Position numbers and translations under genes: made by a program
Notes under the pieces: generated by a model
What the model was told of the DNA's origin: nothing
Databases searched by the model: none
What the model saw: the letters and a program-made list of their open reading frames with translations, nothing else
IMG/VR virus record: IMGVR_UViG_3300042544_002864
Span: 1,784 to 65,783 of that record
Source of the DNA: a virus
Taxonomy: Duplodnaviria > Caudoviricetes
DNA: 64,000 nucleotides
Direction: 5' to 3' (one strand)
Shown: positions 28,620 through 38,872 of the stretch, piece after piece
Position numbering within the stretch: position 1 is the stretch's first letter
Layout: each line of letters begins with the position of its first letter

Positions 28620-29051
28620 ATGATGCAAATTTCACAACTAACTAAGGACCAAAGAGTTAAAGAGATAATCACTGAGATTAATAAGAAGACTTCAAACTCT
28701 ATGAGTTTTACGCCATTTCAATCTGTAATAGAACGATTAACTTTAATTCAAATAGTTGAATCAATAGAAGATAGAATTTATTTTATATCAGAGTCTCCAT
28801 CATTTGAGTTGAACGGAAGAAACTGGACTTGTCAACAATATAAATGTGATACTATCGAAGACTTTAAGTCATTGATGGATAACCATCCTAATGAATTTTA
28901 TATACTTTATAACATTATGTTAACTAATGGTGTTGTTTCAAATGCTCCTGGTATTTCTCAAACTCCATCTTATATGATTAGAGGAGTTTTCGTAGAGGAT
29001 CCTTCAGTTAAAAGAGAACAAATAATAAATCAAATATTAAACGAAGAGTAA
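28620..29051 (+). CDS. Hypothetical protein with C-terminal KREQIINQIL motif
   Basis: Directly downstream of clpP. Confidence 0.6.
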   Translation: MMQISQLTKDQRVKEIITEINKKTSNSMSFTPFQSVIERLTLIQIVESIEDRIYFISESPSFELNGRNWTCQQYKCDTIEDFKSLMDNHPNEFYILYNIMLTNGVVSNAPGISQTPSYMIRGVFVEDPSVKREQIINQILNEE

Positions 29052-29076
29052 CTTTTAAATATTAATATATAATGAG

Positions 29077-29781
29077 ATGAAAAAATTCTCTAAACTTATA
29101 TTAGAATCTAAAGATGAGTCACGAACAATGAGTCCTCTTACAAATCCGGTTGATTGGGATGAAATATTCAAACCTTTAATAGATCATATTGAATCTAATC
29201 TTCAATCAAAAGTTCAAGGTCCAGGAAGTGCCGTTTTTACAAACCAAACAAAAGCACTTCTTGATGAATTTATTGACCAAGTAGAAGAAGATTATAAAGA
29301 TTATTATCAATATGAAATACATGATGGTTCACAAGAAGGATTCTTATCAGCTTTTAATATCAATGTTGATTATAGAGATATAATGGATTGCATTCAACCA
29401 TTATTAGACAGAACAGATGATGTTGAAGATTCCGGTAACTTTGAATTAGGCGCTTTTGTTATTGATATTGCAGAAAAAAAACCTACTGCACCATCATCTC
29501 CAATTAAATATAATACTAATGAAGAAATAGCTGAAGATTTAGCAGACGTTCATGGTAAGTTAAAAATGTTAGATGCTGATTTTACTATCAGAGTTACGAA
29601 ATCTAAAACAGCTCAATACTCATCTACAAGAATGAGAGAAACTGGAACTATATCACTAACAAAAAATTCAACAGATGTTGATACTTTATTCTTAAATGGT
29701 TTACATGATGATGAAAAAATAACTAATGTTATAATCTATGTTTATAATAAAGAAACAGTTCAAGGTGCTGATTTAGATTAA
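29077..29781 (+). CDS. Tagged hypothetical protein
   Basis: MKKFSKLILES; TAATATATA 29063-29071. Confidence 0.6.
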   Translation: MKKFSKLILESKDESRTMSPLTNPVDWDEIFKPLIDHIESNLQSKVQGPGSAVFTNQTKALLDEFIDQVEEDYKDYYQYEIHDGSQEGFLSAFNINVDYRDIMDCIQPLLDRTDDVEDSGNFELGAFVIDIAEKKPTAPSSPIKYNTNEEIAEDLADVHGKLKMLDADFTIRVTKSKTAQYSSTRMRETGTISLTKNSTDVDTLFLNGLHDDEKITNVIIYVYNKETVQGADLD

Positions 29782-30470
29782 TCTACTTTCTTTAGAATCT
29801 TTTTAATAATTTCCATTTTCTTTTTACCGCCTTCACCTTTGAATTTATTCCAAATACCAAAGGCTCCAAAAGCAAAACTATCAGCAAAATCCTCTCTTGG
29901 ATTTCTTGATGTATATTTTCTACAAAAATCAGAATCTTCTTTATAAATCCAGTTAGATAGTTTATGACCAGCTATTTCTCTGCCTTTTCTTTTCTCTTCA
30001 TATCTAGCATAACCATCAGGAACATTTGCTCTTCTATCTAATTTTTTCCAACCAGATATTGCTTTCCACTCTCTTGAAAACGATACTTTTTCTAAATGAT
30101 CTATACAATGTCCTATTTCATGAACAACTACAAATAAATCATATGGTATATCATTTGTACCATTTTCAAACTCTCTTTTGAATTTAAATATAGAAGGATT
30201 TAGAGTCATCTGTTTCTTCTTAGATGAATCATGCCATCTACCATGAACACCACCCAAATCTTTACAGATTATTTTATCTATTTTATTTTTGATAAATGAT
30301 TTATCAAACATCTTAAAAGCTTTCTTAATTAATTTTAAATGATTAATGTCAAAGTTATCATCTACTTCAACTCCATATTCCTTATTAAAGAAATCAACCA
30401 TTTCAATGACTTTTTCTGAAGGAACTTCTTCTTTAGATTCAAATATCGAAAAATGTTTAAGATGTTTCAT
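29778..30470 (-). CDS. Zincin-like metallopeptidase with capsid-targeting-like N-terminus
   Basis: MKHLKHFSIFES; VVHEIGH and downstream Y...NPREDFADSF; TAATATATA 30475-30483. Confidence 0.65.
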   Translation of the reverse strand: MKHLKHFSIFESKEEVPSEKVIEMVDFFNKEYGVEVDDNFDINHLKLIKKAFKMFDKSFIKNKIDKIICKDLGGVHGRWHDSSKKKQMTLNPSIFKFKREFENGTNDIPYDLFVVVHEIGHCIDHLEKVSFSREWKAISGWKKLDRRANVPDGYARYEEKRKGREIAGHKLSNWIYKEDSDFCRKYTSRNPREDFADSFAFGAFGIWNKFKGEGGKKKMEIIKKILKKVD

Positions 30471-30492
30471 GTCTTATATATTAAATATAAGA

Positions 30493-32976
30493 TTATTTTT
30501 TTTCAACAACAACCAATTTAATACCAACATTATACTTAGTTATAATACTTTCCTCAAGAGTCCTTAACATAGATTCTAATAGTGAAGTTTCATCAGATGT
30601 TGCTGATTCCTGGCCTTCTAGTGGTCCTATCTGACCACCATCCGGGAAACCAGAGATAAATCCAGTTGCTGATTTCATAGGACCTCTTTTTGTAAAGGTT
30701 ATTTTACCATTGACTTTTTTACTATTCGCTGTTGTTGGATTTAATATAGCAATTATATACTCATTTGTCGAACCCACACTAGATGAACTAGATGTAGATG
30801 GTGAACCTTTTTCAAGTGAAAACTCTATTTCTTTTTTAACAGACTTTTGTTCATTATTAGATTTCTTGTTCATTGTTATTGAAATTGATATCTTATAAGA
30901 ACCAATAGAATCATCACTACCAGTTTCTATATATTGTTCAGATATAATATTATAAGTAGCCTCTGTTGAATTTAAACTTGTTACTTGTTGACCAGTTCCA
31001 GCACCATTAGGAGCATTATATGAAACATCACTAGTGATAAATTGCCACTCACCTGGAATCGATTGTGATTTTATAGAAAATTTAATATCATCATTGCTAA
31101 GAGATTTAATATCATCTGTTGTCATTTTACCAGATATTATAGTCTTTGGAACATAAACATCAATCATTAAACTACCATCTCCTAAAACATCAATAACTTC
31201 TGATTTATTTTTCTCAACCATTTCTTGAGACTGACTTTGAGTAGCTGTTGATTGTGTTGTTCCTGGTGTATCAGCAGCAACATCAACGGCACTCTGAGTA
31301 TTACCTAAAGGATCACTCGCTTTATCAGCTCCAACATTTTTTGTAGCTTGGTCCCAATCATTTTTTGTAGCTAATGTGTAAGTAAATTTGTTTCCATATT
31401 TTTCTTTGTGTTTTTCACAATGTTGAAAGAATTCATTTAAACTATCAGAAGTTGGAAATACCTGAGAACCCTCAGACCAACTACCAACATTAACACCACC
31501 TGGATAACCTAAATGTATTTTTATACCATTATCAACCAAATCATTAGGTGTTATAGTCTCAGGTGCAGTTAAGTTACTTGGATTGAATGTATCGGGACTT
31601 GAGAAATCTAAGTCTCTCCAAACCAACTGTGATGCTCCTGGTGTTACTTTCATAGCCTTAGCTCCTTTATATTCAGATACATAATAAGTATCGATATATT
31701 GAGATGGTGCTAAAACAGGAAGACCACTTTTTAAAACAGGGTCACCATTTTCACTACCAGCTATTTTAACATAATCCTTCATAAATATTTTCTTACCAAC
31801 TGAATCTATCCAAGGTTTAACATTTTTAAGATTCTTCTCAGTTAACCAAGAGTCAGTTATAGTAAACTCTAAACCAGGAACCGTTGAAAATAAATAATGT
31901 TTAACATCCCAAGAATCATCTTCTTTTTTATACATTATATACAACTTATCACCAAATTGATCTGTGTATTTATCACCTGGTGATAAACACTGATTTCTTA
32001 TAGCAACTATATTTAACTTATTAACTTCCGTAGATAAAACATAACTTTTAATCTTCATCAATTCCTCAATAATTTTAGCATCTGGATTTTCAGCTGGTTT
32101 AGGCTTTGGAGCTTCGACAGGAATAGATTGTGTTGATGCTATAGGAGTATCCATCGGTGGTTGATCAAAAGTAGTATCAGAAGAACCACTTGTTGGTGTA
32201 TACGGAACAGGCTCTTTTGATGTCATAGTATTATCCTTCACAGTAGATTGCCAAGTATCACCTTTTTGACCTTCGGCTATTCTATCTAACTTAGCTACAT
32301 TTTCATTATCAACAATGTAAACATTTTTAGAAAGAAATTTAGGATCTTTTAATTGTTGATATAATTGTAAACTACCAAGTAAGGCTGGTGTTGCTACAAC
32401 AGGAGCTCCTAAGTTACCCAAAAATGGACCACCTTTTGAACCCATTAATATCTGAACAAAGTCATCAAACCAATTTAAAAAATTATCACCAAGTATAGCT
32501 CTTTGTGTTGAATTTGCAGTACCTAAATTTATTTTAGCAAAATTATCTTTTAGATTTACATTTATAGATGATTCTTTAATATTAATCATATTAAATTTAT
32601 GGTCTAGTTTAAGACCCTCACCTTCATTTACATATACTTGAGTCCTGTGGTCAAATATTAGTGATTTCATTGTTAAGTAATCACCAGTACCTAATCCACT
32701 TAATTTTTTCTCAAGATTTATATTATAGTGATCAGAGGATATAAATTCAGGACTATTTTGGTCTCCGTTTTCAAAAACAACAGTAACAACCTTACCCTTT
32801 TCAGGAACAGCAAATCCATTACCAGCTAAATCTTTCCAAGGATTAGCCCAAGGTAAATCTTCAACAGGAACATCGTCAAAAACATCAAAAACTCTGATTT
32901 TAACTCTTCCTATTTTTTTAGGATCTTCACAATCTTCAACAACACCAACGTATGTTTTACCACTTTTTACTTGCAT
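30493..32976 (-). CDS. Baseplate spike (gp5/VgrG-like OB-fold) fused to a YkuD-like domain
   Basis: YVGVVED..DP.KIGRVKIRV...LPWA.P...VP..G..V.V.FENGD gp5 N-terminus; middle region homologous to 7824..8417. Confidence 0.8.
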   Translation of the reverse strand: MQVKSGKTYVGVVEDCEDPKKIGRVKIRVFDVFDDVPVEDLPWANPWKDLAGNGFAVPEKGKVVTVVFENGDQNSPEFISSDHYNINLEKKLSGLGTGDYLTMKSLIFDHRTQVYVNEGEGLKLDHKFNMINIKESSINVNLKDNFAKINLGTANSTQRAILGDNFLNWFDDFVQILMGSKGGPFLGNLGAPVVATPALLGSLQLYQQLKDPKFLSKNVYIVDNENVAKLDRIAEGQKGDTWQSTVKDNTMTSKEPVPYTPTSGSSDTTFDQPPMDTPIASTQSIPVEAPKPKPAENPDAKIIEELMKIKSYVLSTEVNKLNIVAIRNQCLSPGDKYTDQFGDKLYIMYKKEDDSWDVKHYLFSTVPGLEFTITDSWLTEKNLKNVKPWIDSVGKKIFMKDYVKIAGSENGDPVLKSGLPVLAPSQYIDTYYVSEYKGAKAMKVTPGASQLVWRDLDFSSPDTFNPSNLTAPETITPNDLVDNGIKIHLGYPGGVNVGSWSEGSQVFPTSDSLNEFFQHCEKHKEKYGNKFTYTLATKNDWDQATKNVGADKASDPLGNTQSAVDVAADTPGTTQSTATQSQSQEMVEKNKSEVIDVLGDGSLMIDVYVPKTIISGKMTTDDIKSLSNDDIKFSIKSQSIPGEWQFITSDVSYNAPNGAGTGQQVTSLNSTEATYNIISEQYIETGSDDSIGSYKISISITMNKKSNNEQKSVKKEIEFSLEKGSPSTSSSSSVGSTNEYIIAILNPTTANSKKVNGKITFTKRGPMKSATGFISGFPDGGQIGPLEGQESATSDETSLLESMLRTLEESIITKYNVGIKLVVVEKK

Positions 32977-33014
32977 ATAAATTATATATTAAAAAGATCA
33001 TTTGTTACTGAAAA

Positions 33015-34931
33015 TTAACCACCTTTTATAATACCACCAATTTGGTTACCAAGAACTGATCCCAATGAATCACCTGCAAAATCTCTTACAGCATTTTGAA
33101 CATCAAAGAAAGATGTTGGTGAAACTCCTCCTGTACTAGCAGCTCCTCCGACAAGCGGTATATTGGAAATATAATTTGGAACGGTGCTAAATCCATTAGC
33201 TCTTTCTCCATCCATACCAGCATGATTTGGATGTGATGTGTATACATTGGTAGGAGCTCTCATTCTTCCAAGACCGGATGAATTTCTAACTTTTTCCAAT
33301 GTATTATTTAACAATCTGAGTCTAGTATCAACCTGACCTCTTATTTCTCTTTCTACCGTACTCTGTAGACTCTTAGCTAAATTTTCTCCAGCTTTTTTAG
33401 AAGCTTCTTTAAATGCTTCTAGTCCTTCTTTTACTTTGGCTTTTCTTTGAGCTTTTTTATCAACACTATTATTACTTGTATCTCCACCTTCTGGATCTGG
33501 TGTTTCATTTTTTCCTTTATCATCACCAGATTGTTGGTCAGCTATTTTTCCCTTTGTTTGTGCCTCATTTACAACAGATACGTTCCAACCATCAAAAACA
33601 ATAGGACTTGAAACACCATTTGATTTTAGAGTGTTAGTTCCAATTGTAAAAAATTTAGGAACAGAAACATCCTTAACTCCACCACTATTCGTATTATCGG
33701 TTGCTGCTCTACCTCCTGGGTTACCAACTTTCCAAATAGCTCCATTATTATACCCAACATACTGACCAAATCTTTGTTCATCTGGAGTCCATCTTTCAAA
33801 TTTAGTAGAAACATATTTATAATCCATTGTAACGGTTGCTCCACCAAAGTCTTTAATACCTCCTTCATAGTCAATTTCTGAATCATGTGGTGGTGTATCA
33901 AAGAAAAGTTGACACTCTTTAAGTGAATAAATATGTCTACTTAGGTTATCCTTTATTGTTTCTAAATCCCCAGTATCAATAGCTTTTCTAACTCTTTGAT
34001 AGTTTCTACACTCAGAAATAACTATATCACAATTAAATCTTAATAGATTTTCCATTATTAAGTTTTTACCATTTGGCTTAGACCAATATAAAAGTTTATA
34101 TAAGTGTTGTAATGTACCAAATGTTAACGATACATCTTCTGAAAATGTCAATTTAATAAAATCCTCTCTATAACTTGTTAGATATTTTTTCTTATTAGAA
34201 GTATTTCCAATCATTAAAAGTTCTAACCCACCTATCTTCTTAATATAATAAGATAAATAAGCTTTTTTACCTGGTTGATAATAACTAGCTTGTGACGGCG
34301 TATTTGCTTCATTTGGTATATTAATAGACTGTGTTTTTTGAGTATTTGGAACTTGTTTAGGAGTACCCTTTACTTTGAATAACTTCTCAAATTGTAATTT
34401 GAAATCTATCATTACATTCTTTTTAGAAGCTATCTCACTAACGTTACTAAATTGTTCAATAAAATCCTCAACTGATCCATTAAGTAATGGAGAACTAACA
34501 CCGTCTATAATCAACTCAAATCCAAAAAATACGGGATCGTTATTCTCATATGGAGTGTAGTTAAAATTTGCTAACCTAAGACCTGGTGCGGTTTCTGAAC
34601 CATCCCATGCTTCCTTTACACCTGAATCATTTCTAAGTGGTGTTTTACCATCAATTACATGTAATCCATTTTTAAAATAGTCAGTTGATGTATCACCAAA
34701 CATCGCCAAGTAATCTCTTGTAGTATAAGGACCTGTAAATGATTTTGTTCCTAGATTTTTAGTTAAATCAAATCTTCCAGATGTTGATAGCTCTTTTGTG
34801 TTGTCATTTTTACCAAAAAGTCCTTTAGAAAATTGAGGATGTGTATCTAATAAATTACCATACCAATCCTTTCCATATCTAGAGTTTGGTCTAAATCCAG
34901 GTTGATCTCTATCTAAATTAAGAAGTGCCAT
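33015..34931 (-). CDS. Putative baseplate/tail structural protein
   Basis: 638 aa within tail cluster, late-type TAATATATA 34953-34961. Confidence 0.5.
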   Translation of the reverse strand: MALLNLDRDQPGFRPNSRYGKDWYGNLLDTHPQFSKGLFGKNDNTKELSTSGRFDLTKNLGTKSFTGPYTTRDYLAMFGDTSTDYFKNGLHVIDGKTPLRNDSGVKEAWDGSETAPGLRLANFNYTPYENNDPVFFGFELIIDGVSSPLLNGSVEDFIEQFSNVSEIASKKNVMIDFKLQFEKLFKVKGTPKQVPNTQKTQSINIPNEANTPSQASYYQPGKKAYLSYYIKKIGGLELLMIGNTSNKKKYLTSYREDFIKLTFSEDVSLTFGTLQHLYKLLYWSKPNGKNLIMENLLRFNCDIVISECRNYQRVRKAIDTGDLETIKDNLSRHIYSLKECQLFFDTPPHDSEIDYEGGIKDFGGATVTMDYKYVSTKFERWTPDEQRFGQYVGYNNGAIWKVGNPGGRAATDNTNSGGVKDVSVPKFFTIGTNTLKSNGVSSPIVFDGWNVSVVNEAQTKGKIADQQSGDDKGKNETPDPEGGDTSNNSVDKKAQRKAKVKEGLEAFKEASKKAGENLAKSLQSTVEREIRGQVDTRLRLLNNTLEKVRNSSGLGRMRAPTNVYTSHPNHAGMDGERANGFSTVPNYISNIPLVGGAASTGGVSPTSFFDVQNAVRDFAGDSLGSVLGNQIGGIIKGG

Positions 34932-34981
34932 TTTAATAAATCTATTTTTTATTATATATTAAAAAGTAATGGTTACTTATG

Positions 34982-36406
34982 TTATGAGTAAGCAGTTCCA
35001 TTTTTCTCAAGCACTGACCAATAGTAAGCAAATTTTTCTTTCCTATCAGCCAAACCATTATCACCACCATTAACCCATCTTGATATTTTAGTAACAACGG
35101 CTTCGGTTGCTCCTTCTTTAGCCTTTTTAGGGAAGTTTTTAACACCTTTTGGACCAGCAACAGACCAGAACCAAACAGAGCAATCAGCAGCAAATTTTCC
35201 CTCTAATAATTCTGGATTAGCTACAACATCATCATTTTTCCCTTTAGATACTAAATATTTATTATATTCTGTATAATTTGCTTTTCCGGTTATTTGTATA
35301 TAACCCCTTCCTTTATATCTAACTCCATCTCCAGGTTTATTATTACCTAAGTCACTTCTTCCTTCGTAGGCTTTTCCAGTTGCGAACTCTCTCTTCCATT
35401 GAAATTTACCAGATTCGTGAGCACATTGAGCAAGAAAATGAGCTTGTTCAAGAGGGCTTGTTATACCATAATCTTTCATAGCTTTAATAACCTCTGGTGG
35501 TGGTGTTGTAGATGCTTTACCCGGTTTATATTTCACAATTTCTTTTGCAATTTCAGTTTTCTCTTCCGCTGAAATGTTTTGACCCTCAGATATTTGAGTA
35601 AGATAAGTATTGTAAACCTCTTTCAACTCTTCATCTCCTGCAAAAATATCTTCTGAATATTCTGGATCCAAATCTTCAGGGTTTGTGTTATCATCAAATA
35701 CCCAATCAGCTGGTTCAGTTATTATTTTTAAATCTCCAGTGACGCTATATGATCCACTAGTTGGGCCAACTATTACAAAGGTGTCTTTCTTTTCAACATT
35801 AAACTTAAAATCTCCTTTTAACTTAGAGTCAACAAAAACTGGCTCAGTTGTTATAGGTTTTTCTGGCTTTGGTTTAAGATTATCTTCCACCCACTTATTC
35901 CAGATATCAAAGTATCCTTCTGGATGACTTGGAACAACAGCAGGATCAAATGTTGGTTGAACTATCTCATAAAAAGGTGGTAATGATTGTGTTAATCCAG
36001 AATAATATTTAGCAAATAAACCAGTTGTGTAATCTTTGGTTGGATTCAACCAGTCACCAAGTGATTTTATATTAATATTAATATCATTAATAAATTTAGT
36101 TACAAAATCATCAGTTGTTTTAAATATATCATTTGAAGGTTTTGGCTCAAAATTATAAGATAATCCGGCTATATCATAAGCTCTATTTTTCCCAGTTGAG
36201 TTAGGAGGATCTCCAGGACCAGGTGGTATATCATATATAACTGGTTCAAATTTAATAAAATAATCTTTCCTACCACTTTTATATAGTGTTAGTTTAATAT
36301 CACCTATACCTAAGTTATCAGGTTTTGGTTCTTTCCAATATTTACCATCGGTAGATATTTTACCTCTTAGTCTTACTTGTTTTATAATTTCTTCTTCTTT
36401 AGCCAT
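34982..36406 (-). CDS. Virion-associated GH19 muramidase with duplicated N-terminal domain
   Basis: C-terminal AHFLAQCAHESG, YKGRGYIQITG, VNGG.NGL.DR; N-terminal ~175 aa shared with 36416..38836. Confidence 0.8.
   Translation of the reverse strand: MAKEEEIIKQVRLRGKISTDGKYWKEPKPDNLGIGDIKLTLYKSGRKDYFIKFEPVIYDIPPGPGDPPNSTGKNRAYDIAGLSYNFEPKPSNDIFKTTDDFVTKFINDININIKSLGDWLNPTKDYTTGLFAKYYSGLTQSLPPFYEIVQPTFDPAVVPSHPEGYFDIWNKWVEDNLKPKPEKPITTEPVFVDSKLKGDFKFNVEKKDTFVIVGPTSGSYSVTGDLKIITEPADWVFDDNTNPEDLDPEYSEDIFAGDEELKEVYNTYLTQISEGQNISAEEKTEIAKEIVKYKPGKASTTPPPEVIKAMKDYGITSPLEQAHFLAQCAHESGKFQWKREFATGKAYEGRSDLGNNKPGDGVRYKGRGYIQITGKANYTEYNKYLVSKGKNDDVVANPELLEGKFAADCSVWFWSVAGPKGVKNFPKKAKEGATEAVVTKISRWVNGGDNGLADRKEKFAYYWSVLEKNGTAYS
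35895..35993. repeat. Direct repeat copy A (99 bp, 1 mismatch to copy B)
   Basis: ttattccagatatcaaagtatcc...ggtaatgattgtgtt also at 38328-38426. Confidence 0.9.
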
Positions 36407-36415
36407 TTTATTTTA

Positions 36416-38836
36416 TTATATTTGTTCTAAATTACCTACTACCTCAGTTCCATTTTCAAGTAATTGTTTAACTGTTAATTTATATTTAACACCTGCGCTA
36501 TCTTGTACCGTAAGAACTTCACCAATCACATAAACGCTATTTGGTAAAATTGGAGGAGTAGATGCTGTAGTTCCTGGAACAACTGGATTATCATTAATTT
36601 GTTTTTCTTCTGGTTTTTTAGCAACTGGAGTTGGATCTTCCATTTCCTGTTTAGTTTTACCAAGTTCACTTCTAACAAGACTTAATTCCTGTTTAAGACT
36701 TCCTCTTCTAAAAGAATATGAAATATTAGATATTATATACTTACCAGAGTATCTATAATTCATTGAATCTTCAGTTGGTGTTGCACTAGGATTAATAATA
36801 TCAATAGTAACTCTCATGTATTTATATAAACAAAAATTAGGATTTGATAGTGTCACATCAACCCCTATCTTAGTTAAGTTGTCAAGATTTATTCTATTTT
36901 GAGTATAAGCATAGTTATAGTTTTTATGCATATTATCTGTATCTAACTTACCTAAAAACTTTGTTATAATATTTTCTTTGAAGAATTTATCATCAGCTTG
37001 TTTACCCTTTAGAATCAATGATGACTTACCGTCAGATGTCGATGAATCTACATCAAAGACTAAAAATGATTTTGTAACTCTATCATAATATTTAGCTACG
37101 GTCAAATAACCAACCTCAAGTGACTTTTTAGTTGAATTATTTTTAGTTGTATATTTTTCAAAAAATAATGAAGATGAATTGAAAGTTTGATCATTTGTTA
37201 ACCTAAGTGGAATAATTCTATCCTGATCTTCTGGAGTAGATGTTTTTGAACTACCAGCTGTATCAATAACAACATCTCCGGTTACATTTCTAGTTTGTTC
37301 TTTCTCAACATCAACATAATTAAAACAATAGTAATAATCTATATAACCTAACATGAATGATTTATCTGATATGTATGAATGTTGTATAACATCATTGATA
37401 AAATCATAAGGTTTTTTGTTAGTACTTCTCCAAGTCATTGAATCATCTGCACTAGTTATATTTGAATTAAAACCAAGTCCTAATTCTTTACTAACTTCTC
37501 TTAATACTTCAAATGAAGTTCCTTTATATGACTTATTTTTTATTATATAAAGATTTGGTATATCTATCGTTCCTCTTATTGTATAAGTTTGTCCTGATTT
37601 TTCAGGACTTTTATCAAATCCATCTATTTTAAAAACTAAATGTATAGACTTTATATTTTCAGAGGTTGAGTTCAGGAAAAGATCAACAGAAGTTTGGTCT
37701 TGTGGAGTTCCGTCTCCCTTCAATATATTTTGAGTATCTTTAAAATTAAATTCAAGTTTTGGTATTATACCATCATGATATAAATTCATACTGACTAAAT
37801 CTTCTGTTTTTATTTGATATCCAGAATACCAAATAAATGGAGTATATCCTAACCCATCAGTAACCGGTTTTTGACCAGATGCAGCCGGATTAACTACGGT
37901 ATCTTGTGAGAATTTTATAGGAGGAACACTGATAGTAGGTGGATCTATTTGACTAATTATTGGTCTTGTTCCATCCACGTTTTTCTCCTTAGGAGTTTCT
38001 TTATTTTTCTCATCCTGTGCAATTAGCTCCTGTTTAGGTAAAACTTTAATCGATATCTCTTTATACTCTATTTTTTCGTTATCAGATGAAACAGTTATGA
38101 CATAATCACCTGGTTCTGTAAATTGTATTTCTTTGAAATCAATTTTAGCAGAGTCAACATCTGGTATTTTCTCCATTGCAATCTCAGTAATACCCGTTAT
38201 CTCACCTGGTCCGGATTTTTTCTTTAATAATATTTTACCACTAAGAGCCGGAACACTTGTTGGTGGCACATCAGAGTTTGGAGCAGGATCTTGTTTTGGT
38301 TTTGGAGTATTATTTTCCTCTACCCATTTATTCCAGATATCAAAGTATCCTTCTGGATGACTTGGAACAACAGCAGGATCAAATGTTGGTTGAACTACCT
38401 CATAAAAAGGTGGTAATGATTGTGTTCCTGATTGTGTTAACCCAGAATAATACTTAGTAAAACTTTTAACCCATGCAGGATTACCAAATCCAGAAGATTT
38501 AATATTAACATTAAGACCTTCGATGAAATTAGTTATAAAATCATCTGTTGTTTTAAATTTATCATTAGATGGTTTTGGTTCAAATCCATAAAATACTCCA
38601 AATTTATCATTAATTCTATTTACACCTGTTGAGTTAGGAGGATCTCCCGGAGCAGGTGGTGTATCATATATAACAGGTTCAAATGAAACAAGATAGTCTT
38701 TCCTACCTTTCTTACTTAAAGTTAATACAGCATCTCCAATACCTAGGTTATCGGGTTTAGGCTCTTTCCAGAATTTACCATCACTAGATATTTTACCTCT
38801 TAATCGAACACTTTTAACTTTTACATAATCAGACAT
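36416..38836 (-). CDS. Baseplate hub-like protein (gp27/GpD-like) with duplicated N-terminal domain
   Basis: GTSFEVLREVSKELGLGF, YIDYYYCFNYVD, YSGKYIISNISY...QELSLVR typical of hub proteins; next to gp5-like gene. Confidence 0.6.
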   Translation of the reverse strand: MSDYVKVKSVRLRGKISSDGKFWKEPKPDNLGIGDAVLTLSKKGRKDYLVSFEPVIYDTPPAPGDPPNSTGVNRINDKFGVFYGFEPKPSNDKFKTTDDFITNFIEGLNVNIKSSGFGNPAWVKSFTKYYSGLTQSGTQSLPPFYEVVQPTFDPAVVPSHPEGYFDIWNKWVEENNTPKPKQDPAPNSDVPPTSVPALSGKILLKKKSGPGEITGITEIAMEKIPDVDSAKIDFKEIQFTEPGDYVITVSSDNEKIEYKEISIKVLPKQELIAQDEKNKETPKEKNVDGTRPIISQIDPPTISVPPIKFSQDTVVNPAASGQKPVTDGLGYTPFIWYSGYQIKTEDLVSMNLYHDGIIPKLEFNFKDTQNILKGDGTPQDQTSVDLFLNSTSENIKSIHLVFKIDGFDKSPEKSGQTYTIRGTIDIPNLYIIKNKSYKGTSFEVLREVSKELGLGFNSNITSADDSMTWRSTNKKPYDFINDVIQHSYISDKSFMLGYIDYYYCFNYVDVEKEQTRNVTGDVVIDTAGSSKTSTPEDQDRIIPLRLTNDQTFNSSSLFFEKYTTKNNSTKKSLEVGYLTVAKYYDRVTKSFLVFDVDSSTSDGKSSLILKGKQADDKFFKENIITKFLGKLDTDNMHKNYNYAYTQNRINLDNLTKIGVDVTLSNPNFCLYKYMRVTIDIINPSATPTEDSMNYRYSGKYIISNISYSFRRGSLKQELSLVRSELGKTKQEMEDPTPVAKKPEEKQINDNPVVPGTTASTPPILPNSVYVIGEVLTVQDSAGVKYKLTVKQLLENGTEVVGNLEQI
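38328..38426. repeat. Direct repeat copy B
   Basis: Matches 35895-35993 at 98/99 positions. Confidence 0.9.
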
Positions 38837-38872
38837 GATTTATATATTTTATATCATGTTCTTCAGTGAGAA

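Noticed and set aside
35895-38426. Diversity-generating retroelement TR/VR pair
   Set aside because: Only one mismatch, both copies are in N-terminal coding regions, and no reverse transcriptase is in the window; gene conversion is simpler
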